Of a stretch of 64,000 bases of DNA, positions 57,955 through 64,000 are shown piece by piece. Within the stretch, counting starts at the first letter, position 1, and each line of letters opens with the position of its first letter. The position numbers and the translations under genes were made by a program. Location: the IMG/VR virus record IMGVR_UViG_3300036715_003906, positions 187,475-251,474 of that record; one strand, given 5' to 3'. Below the pieces are notes generated by a model that was not told the DNA's origin, searched no databases, and worked only from the letters and a program-made list of their open reading frames with translations.

Positions 57955-58614
57955 CTAACTCTGACAGTCCTCGTTCAAATGGTCGTAGGCCGTCCGCTCC
58001 GGCCCGGGCTCCCGCAGAACCCCCGTCAAAGGAGCCAGGTTCATCTCGCCCGTGAGGAACTCGCGGTTCTCCTCCGGGTCCCGCATCGGCCCCCGCGCCG
58101 GCTCGAAGAAGCTGGCAAGATCCGGGTCGCGCTCGTAGAAGGGCACGGCTCCGGGGGGGGGTAGCTCCTGCACCTGGAACATCTGCCGGGCGAGCGACGT
58201 CCGGTCCACGAGGTCCCTCATCCGGGGCAAGGCCAGGTTCGCCCCGAGCGGGCTCCTACGGAGGGTCTCTCGCATCGTCCGCGCCACCTGCCCCGTGACC
58301 TCTTCCGCTTGCCCCGAAGGACCTTGCAAGATCTCCCGTCCCGCCCTGAGCCTCGCGAGGGCCCGCGGTATGCTCTCCGTAGGGGTCCGCCCGAGAGGAT
58401 CGACCTCGCCGGGTGTCTCCTCCCACGGCATCCGGTCGAGCACCGTGTCCCCGAGCGGCGCCTCGTCGTCCACGAACGTGACGCGAAGAGCCTGCCCCGA
58501 CAGGGTGACGTCAGCGACTTCCGGATGCCCCGTCAGGTACGCTCGCATCCGTACCAGGTTGTGCTCGTGCAGCGGGTCGGAGTGGGGGAACGTGAGGAGC
58601 CGCGGGCGTGGCAT
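57955..58614 (-). CDS. Hypothetical protein ending RTAYDHLNEDCQS
   Basis: ORF track; internal segment resembles large-phage capsid protein N-termini. Confidence 0.6.
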   Translation of the reverse strand: MPRPRLLTFPHSDPLHEHNLVRMRAYLTGHPEVADVTLSGQALRVTFVDDEAPLGDTVLDRMPWEETPGEVDPLGRTPTESIPRALARLRAGREILQGPSGQAEEVTGQVARTMRETLRRSPLGANLALPRMRDLVDRTSLARQMFQVQELPPPGAVPFYERDPDLASFFEPARGPMRDPEENREFLTGEMNLAPLTGVLREPGPERTAYDHLNEDCQS

Positions 58615-58658
58615 GAACCCAACCCTACGCGCCTTTCCGAAATCGACAAGCAACCCTT

Positions 58659-58687
58659 TTGATTCCCGTCACCCCGCTGCGTAGTAG
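58659..58687 (+). promoter_or_regulatory. Class A promoter
   Basis: TTGATT-N17-TAGTAG. Confidence 0.8.
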
Positions 58688-58734
58688 CCCCTCGGCGTGT
58701 CATCCACCCCCGACGGTACCGAACGGAGAGAGCC

Positions 58735-60240
58735 ATGATCGAGATCGAGAACATCAAGCGCGAGATTGCGAAGAACGAAGCCGAGAGCCGTCAGATCGGC
58801 CGGCAGATCCAGGCCCTGCGGGAGCAGGGTCCCCAGACGGGGCCGGAGCGGAGTGACCTCCGTCTCGCCCGCCGTGCCCTCGGGTACGAGACCCGGGGCT
58901 GGCTCCAGGCCCTGGCGCTCTGCCGGGGGCGGGGCCGCTGGCTCGGGGAGAAGGCGCAGTCCTACCCCTGCTACGAGAGCCTCCACCGGAAGCTCGTCCA
59001 GGCCGGTTCGTCCCGGACCGAGGACGAGGCCCGGTTCTGGGCCGAGGGGGACCCCACGTCGGCCGCCGCCGCTCTCACCGCCTGGGTCTCGGGCTTGCCC
59101 GAGAAGGAGCGAAACGAGGCGATCAAGGGGGCGGACGCCCAGGTCCGCGCCGCCTACCATGAGGCCCGGCAGAAGGCGATGTTCGCCGAGGACAAGATCG
59201 ACCGGTCGAAGGCCGTGGTCCACAAGAGCCCCTCGGGGCGCTACGACCTCATCGTGACCCCCGTGTCCACCCGGCCAGGCTGCGGGTCCTACGCGCTCGG
59301 GGAGGTGTTCAAGGGGCCCTGCCTCCTCGCCCGGGTCGAGCGCAACGACTCCTCCTTCCCCTTCCTCTTCATCGAGGGGCACCCCGACGGGCACGACTAC
59401 CTGATCTGCGGGGAGGACTACCAGGGGCAGACCGTGATCCAGCTCGACACGGGCGAGCGGCGGGACCACCTGCCCCCCGAGGCCAAGAAGGGCTGGGGCT
59501 TCTGCTGGTCGGGCATCACCTTCGCGAAGGAGACCAAGGTCCTGGTCGTGGACGGCTGCGTCTGGGCCTGCCCCTACGAGTATCGGCTCTATGACTTCTC
59601 CCGGCCCATGAACGGCTGGCGGGACATCACGGGCGACGTGATGATCGACGCCGACGGCCGCCCCCCGACCTTCGAGCCCGACGGGACGGTCAAGGTCTAC
59701 CAGAGCGGGGAGGCCGTCGAGGACGATCAGGGGAACAAGACCCCCGGCCCCGTGGTCGCGACCACGACGTTCCGGAACGAGCGCGGTCGCCTGGTCCAGC
59801 AGGACGCCTGGGTCTCCGAGGAGGAGCAGGCGCGGCGGGAAGCCTCCGCCCTGGCCCGCAAGAAGCACGACGAGTGGTACGAGTCCTTCAAGGCCACGGA
59901 CCCCCTCTACCTCCGGCTCGTGGCGGGCCTCACGGAGCCCTTCAAGCCGTCGAAGTACAATGGCCTCGGGGTCACCTACAAGGGGTGGTGCCCCGACTGG
60001 GACGTCGAGGAGCGCCGGTGGTGCAAGGACGTCCACGAGACCCGCGCCCTCCGCATCGCCATCGAGTGGGGCATCGTGGCGGCCCCGATCAAGCTCGCCC
60101 TCTCCAACCTCACCGCGGGGGGCACGGAGGTCTTCTGGTTCGAGCACTCCCTCGCGGGCATGGACCTGGCCCTCGCCCGGGCCCGTCAGGCCCTCCCCCC
60201 CGTCCATGAGACGTCCGAACCGGTCGAGGACGCGCCGTGA
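58735..60240 (+). CDS. Large early hypothetical protein
   Basis: GGAG Shine-Dalgarno; 501 aa; GEDYQGQTVI.L..G and GCVWACPYE motifs. Confidence 0.75.
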   Translation: MIEIENIKREIAKNEAESRQIGRQIQALREQGPQTGPERSDLRLARRALGYETRGWLQALALCRGRGRWLGEKAQSYPCYESLHRKLVQAGSSRTEDEARFWAEGDPTSAAAALTAWVSGLPEKERNEAIKGADAQVRAAYHEARQKAMFAEDKIDRSKAVVHKSPSGRYDLIVTPVSTRPGCGSYALGEVFKGPCLLARVERNDSSFPFLFIEGHPDGHDYLICGEDYQGQTVIQLDTGERRDHLPPEAKKGWGFCWSGITFAKETKVLVVDGCVWACPYEYRLYDFSRPMNGWRDITGDVMIDADGRPPTFEPDGTVKVYQSGEAVEDDQGNKTPGPVVATTTFRNERGRLVQQDAWVSEEEQARREASALARKKHDEWYESFKATDPLYLRLVAGLTEPFKPSKYNGLGVTYKGWCPDWDVEERRWCKDVHETRALRIAIEWGIVAAPIKLALSNLTAGGTEVFWFEHSLAGMDLALARARQALPPVHETSEPVEDAP

Positions 60241-60596
60241 CCCAGCGCCTCTACCTGGTCACCCGCCAGGACCTGCCCCCCGGCCCGCAGGCCGTCCAGG
60301 CCGCCCACGCCATGCGCGAGTTCGCCGCGCACCCTCCGTACCTCGACCGGTCCTGGTACAAGGAGAGCAACACCCTGGCTTTCCTCGCGGTTGCCGACGA
60401 AGCCGCCCTTGGTGTACTCCTCGCCCAGGCCCAGACGAAAGGCATCGCCTCCTCCCCCTTCCGTGAACCGGACCGGGGGAACGAGCTGACCGCCCTCTGC
60501 CTGGGCCCGGCCGCACGGAAGCTCTGCTCCCGGCTGCCCCTGGCCCTCCGGCCGGGTCCCGTGCCCCTAGCTCAAGTGGTAGAGCAGCGACCTTAA
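60237..60596 (+). CDS. Peptidyl-tRNA hydrolase, Pth2-like
   Basis: LYLVTRQDL.PG.QAVQAAHA...L.V.DE..L...F.EPD....TA...GP. Confidence 0.8.
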   Translation: MTQRLYLVTRQDLPPGPQAVQAAHAMREFAAHPPYLDRSWYKESNTLAFLAVADEAALGVLLAQAQTKGIASSPFREPDRGNELTALCLGPAARKLCSRLPLALRPGPVPLAQVVEQRP

Positions 60597-60636
60597 AGCT
60601 CGACGGTTGGGGGTTCAAATCCCCCTGGGCACGCCA
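60561..60636 (+). tRNA. Atypical tRNA with UAA anticodon (Leu-reading, type I body)
   Basis: Canonical D and T arms, encoded CCA, weak anticodon stem; overlaps the 3' end of the Pth ORF. Confidence 0.7.
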
Positions 60637-60869
60637 CCTTTCAGGATCGAGACCCAGCGGGGATGCAGGCAAAAGGCCACGCCCCCGTGCTCGTCCGCCC
60701 CCAGGATGATCTTGCCCTCCCGCTCGATGGTCACGGGCGTCCAGAAGAGATGCTCGTCCGTGTAGAGGTTCGTGTTCGAGAAGTACCGGGCGCGGAAGGT
60801 GTCGAGCCCCATGTCGTGCCGCCGGCGGAGTGCTTCGCCCACGAACATCACCAGCACCTGATCGGTCAA
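60615..60869 (-). CDS. Small hypothetical protein
   Basis: TGGTGTA-N10-TTG. Confidence 0.5.
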   Translation of the reverse strand: MTDQVLVMFVGEALRRRHDMGLDTFRARYFSNTNLYTDEHLFWTPVTIEREGKIILGADEHGGVAFCLHPRWVSILKGGVPRGI

Positions 60870-60910
60870 GAGGCGGGCTTACACCATGCCCGGGCGGTGT
60901 AGACGGGGGC

Positions 60911-61951
60911 ATGAGCACCTCCTTCCCCGTCTCCCTGGTCGCCCCGCGCAACCCGCCCCAGCTCTCCACCCGCGACCTCCTCCATGCCGTCGCCGTGGGG
61001 CCCGGCCGCGTCGAAGCCTGCGGGTTCAACGCCGAACCCGTGGACCTCACCGGCTACCAGCCGGAGTACGGCGACGCGATCCCCCATGTCCACGGCCTCA
61101 TCCTGGCCGTCCACACGGCCTACGCCGACCACTTGCCCCTCACCCTCGCCCCCGACGACATCTGGCTCCCGATCGCCCAGGGCTTCGCCCTCCACTCGAA
61201 GCTCCACCCCGAGACCACCAGGGGGCACTTTGCCTCGGGCCCCGCCCAGGAGGTCCTGTCGGTCGAGTTCCCCTTCACGAAGGGCGACCCCAACGCCCCC
61301 TGGCCCCAGGCCATCGCGGAACTCACCTCCAAGATCGGCGAGAAGATCGGCCCGAACAAGCTCCGCGCCCTCGGCGGGGACTTCTCGACCACGGGGGTGG
61401 TGGAACGGGTCTGCCAGCGCGCCGCCCTCATGGACGCCCTCAGCTCCTTCTACCAGTACCGGGGGTACACGCTCTGCGGCATCCCCGAGATCACCCTGCT
61501 CGGGACGCCCGAGGACTGGGAGGCACTGCACCAGCGGGCCGCGGGCCTCGAAGCCCTCGGGGCGCCGAAGGGCTGGATGAGGGCCCTCCTGCCCGTCACC
61601 GCCGCCTTCATGCGCGCGGCCCAGGGTGAGGCTGACCTCGACTTCTTCCGCAGCTTCTACAAGCTCGACAACGAGTCCGGCGGGCCCAACGTGTCCGGCT
61701 CGATCAATGGGCTCTTCCCCTACGTACGGAGCTACCCGACGGACGAGATCGACCTGCCGAACCACTTTCGCCGGTCGAACCACGTCGGCTCCTACCCGAG
61801 CGGCATGTCCCGCGTGCCGATCACCTGGGACTACCTCGGGCAGCGCTTCGCGAGGGCCCTCTACGCCGGCATGACCGGGGTCGCCTTCGAGGACGGGGCC
61901 GTGCGCCCCACCTCGGGCTGGCTCGTGGTCGACGAGACTCCGGGAGCCTGA
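60911..61951 (+). CDS. DUF4419-like protein
   Basis: AYADHLPLTLAPDDIWL.I.QG, FSTT and CGIPEITLLGTPEDW; CGGTGTA-N9-ATG. Confidence 0.8.
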   Translation: MSTSFPVSLVAPRNPPQLSTRDLLHAVAVGPGRVEACGFNAEPVDLTGYQPEYGDAIPHVHGLILAVHTAYADHLPLTLAPDDIWLPIAQGFALHSKLHPETTRGHFASGPAQEVLSVEFPFTKGDPNAPWPQAIAELTSKIGEKIGPNKLRALGGDFSTTGVVERVCQRAALMDALSSFYQYRGYTLCGIPEITLLGTPEDWEALHQRAAGLEALGAPKGWMRALLPVTAAFMRAAQGEADLDFFRSFYKLDNESGGPNVSGSINGLFPYVRSYPTDEIDLPNHFRRSNHVGSYPSGMSRVPITWDYLGQRFARALYAGMTGVAFEDGAVRPTSGWLVVDETPGA

Positions 61952-61953
61952 CC

Positions 61954-62163
61954 GTGGGCCGCCAGCGGGATGGATACTTCCGGGCCATCATGGCCCGGGC
62001 CGTCGCCCAGGGGTGGCGCATCGAGCGGACGACCCAGCGCCACTGGCGCTTCTGTCCCCCCGATCGCTCCCGCCCCATGGTGGTCACGGGCGACACCAGC
62101 GGCGATCAGCGGAGCGTGCTGCACTTCGTCAGCCAGCTCCGCAAGTCCGGCTTCCGGGACTAA
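61954..62163 (+). CDS. HicA-like mRNA interferase
   Basis: QGWRIERT..HWRF..PD...VV...DQRS...SQLRKSG. Confidence 0.6.
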   Translation: MGRQRDGYFRAIMARAVAQGWRIERTTQRHWRFCPPDRSRPMVVTGDTSGDQRSVLHFVSQLRKSGFRD

Positions 62164-62741
62164 ACGACCCCTCGGGTAGTCCCCCCTGCGGGTCTCCGTC
62201 ACCCACGGACGGCACCCGCACTCCTTGCGGGGGCTACTACCTCGTCTGCCCCCGCAAGGAGTGCGGGTCCCCCTCCCCGTCCGTGCGGTGGGACACGAGG
62301 TCCACCGGAGCGTAGGACAGCTCGTAGCAGCACCCGACGCAGACGTGCTTGCTGAGCTGGACCGGGCCCTCGCTGGTCACCATGACGGCCATCACGCTAC
62401 CCCCACGGTCTTCTGGCCGAACAGCGCGTCCCACCCCGACCGGTAGGCCGGCGTGTTCACCTTGGCCGGCCCCTTCGCCGTGGCCGCCCCCCCCCCCCGG
62501 CCTCGGGCCTCCCCTGGGCCCCCTCGTAGCTGTCCGTCACCTTGAAGTGACCCGGCTGCGCCCCCGGTTCGAGGGCGAGGACCGACCCCGTCCCGATGGA
62601 CTCCCCCTTGGCCAGAGGGTGCAAGGTCCCCCTCTGGATAGGCGCTTCCCACCCCCCACCTCCGGCCCCAGGAGTACCGTGTCGCCCCGCTCGCATGGTT
62701 TCTTCTCGTCGCTCATGGTGTCCCCCTACACCGTGGTTTAC

Positions 62742-63095
62742 ATGCTCGACGCCGAAGGGCACCCGGAGATGATCGAGACCCCCGAGGAGATCCAGCGGGC
62801 CGTCCTGGGCCTCAAGGACAGGGAGAGTCGCGTGGTCCTCCGCACCCCCGCCGAAGGGGGCGAGGTCCAGACCCTCCTCCTCGTCATCCCCGAGGGATGG
62901 AGCCCCTCCGGCCTCCCCTTGCTCTTCCTCACCGAAGTCGTGGGCCGCCCCGACATCGCCGAGGGCTGGCGGGCAGGACCCGCCAGCCGCCACCAGGCCC
63001 TGGCCTACCACCAGGGGGTCGCCTTCATGCTCCGCGGCACCCCCGACCCCAACGGCCGCACGGCCTACGACCTCGTCGGAGACCTCGATGCCTGA
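62742..63095 (+). CDS. Hypothetical protein ending RTAYDLVGDLDA
   Basis: ATG at 62742; GC3-rich codons. Confidence 0.55.
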   Translation: MLDAEGHPEMIETPEEIQRAVLGLKDRESRVVLRTPAEGGEVQTLLLVIPEGWSPSGLPLLFLTEVVGRPDIAEGWRAGPASRHQALAYHQGVAFMLRGTPDPNGRTAYDLVGDLDA

Positions 63096-64000
63096 ACATG
63101 ACCCCCAGGTCGGCGACCGGTGGGGGCTGAACGTCGTCACCTCCCGCACGGCCATCCACGTCTGGGTCACCGACATCCACAGCTACGGCTTCCGCGCCCC
63201 CTACGCCCCGAACCGGGTCGCTGACAGCGGGGGGAGCTACCGGGGCACCCTCCCGGCCCTCCATGGCCCTGCGCCGCTTGCGCTCGCCCTTGCCAGCTCA
63301 CCTTCCGGTTCGAGGGCCACCGCATCCCCTCCTGCCTCCGCCACCTGCCCATCGGCTTCCGCGTCGAGGACGGCTCCGCCCCGATCCAGTTCACCGGCCG
63401 GCCCCCCGTTTACCTCCCGCCCCCCGACGCCGGTTGCCCCCGCTGCCCCCAGACCCCGGTCCGACGCTACGTGGCCAACGGACCCCCCTCGTCGCCCGAG
63501 CCCTCCTGGCCCGTGTCATGCCCCGGCTGCCAGCTCCTCGGCGTCCTCTTCTACCCCCCCGCCCTGCACCCGGAGGACGTCCGCGCCCTCACCCGCGCTC
63601 AGGACGTGCTCCGTGCCATCCTCCCGGGCTTCCCCAACCTGGCGGTCCACCACGTCACCCTCTACCCCGATCTCACCGGGGAGAGCCCTCTGGACGTCGC
63701 CCTGCTGGCCGCTGAGCCCAGACACCCTCCCCGCACCGGCCCCCCACGCACCCTCCAACGCACGACCCTCCCCCTCGCCCCGCCTCCCCCACCCCTCACG
63801 CCCGGGGCCCCCGCCTACTACACGCGGGAGGGCACCCTCACCACCGACCCGGCCCGCGGCGTCCAGGTCTGCCCCATCCTCGAGGTCCTCCCCCCCCCGG
63901 CCGCGTCATCCTCCTCGAAGCCGGGCTCCGGGCCATGCGCGTCCTCGATGAGCGACACGAACCCCCACCCGCCCTGCCCCCCCATCCCCTCCCCCTCCGA

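Noticed and set aside
25316-58687. Repeated TTTGATTCC...GCGTAGTAG read as a CRISPR repeat or MITE
   Set aside because: The copies are dispersed, have a variable centre, lack terminal inverted repeats and regular spacers, and are oriented to start codons, so they are promoter-like. No CRISPR array was seen.
60591-60598. Ochre suppressor (UUA anticodon) reading of the 60561 tRNA
   Set aside because: With U33 at 60593 the anticodon is UAA; there are too few U residues for UUA.
62392-62716. Apparent programmed frameshifts (also near 16320, 29580, 54860 and 63260+)
   Set aside because: Most fall at or near G/C homopolymer runs, so assembly indels are more likely; this cannot be resolved without reads.

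Overview
This is a high-GC (about 70% by eye) segment of what is almost certainly a large (jumbo-type) bacteriophage genome. A myxobacterial or other deltaproteobacterial host is plausible, but that is only an inference. From left to right: (1) 1-12 kb holds replication and housekeeping genes on the minus strand (RecD2-like helicase, class Ia RNR alpha and beta, Pol III delta and delta' clamp-loader subunits, GroEL, HNH). (2) 12.8-24.2 kb is a minus-strand RNA-gene island. It contains a tmRNA (tag ANDNVALVALAA), about 34 anticodon-bearing and often non-canonical tRNAs, several anticodon-less tRNA-like RNAs, and a tRNA split by an HNH ORF. It also holds the main finding: a family of at least 8 Y-RNA-like elements. 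They share a terminal helix (5' RYGAAUG ... YUUGUYG 3') but carry different internal cargo domains: permuted tRNA (YrlA-type), an intact tRNA-Ile, or short loops. Their likely protein partner, a Ro60/TROVE protein, is encoded at 56.1-57.9 kb. (3) 24-33 kb has an intein-containing DNA methyltransferase with an in-frame amber codon, two sigma-factor-like genes and a low-complexity, GATC-rich candidate origin. (4) 33-64 kb has many short accessory genes driven by two recurrent, mostly leaderless promoter-like motifs (TTGATT-N17-TAGTAG and CGGTGTA-N10-ATG). This part also encodes PAPS-reductase-like and TGT-like modification genes, cysteine proteases, a Gly-rich fibre protein, a Pth2-like hydrolase that overlaps a tRNA, DUF4419 and a HicA-like toxin. 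All RNA folds were derived by hand and family assignments come from recognised motifs, not database searches. Several frameshifts, mostly at homopolymer runs, suggest some assembly error.
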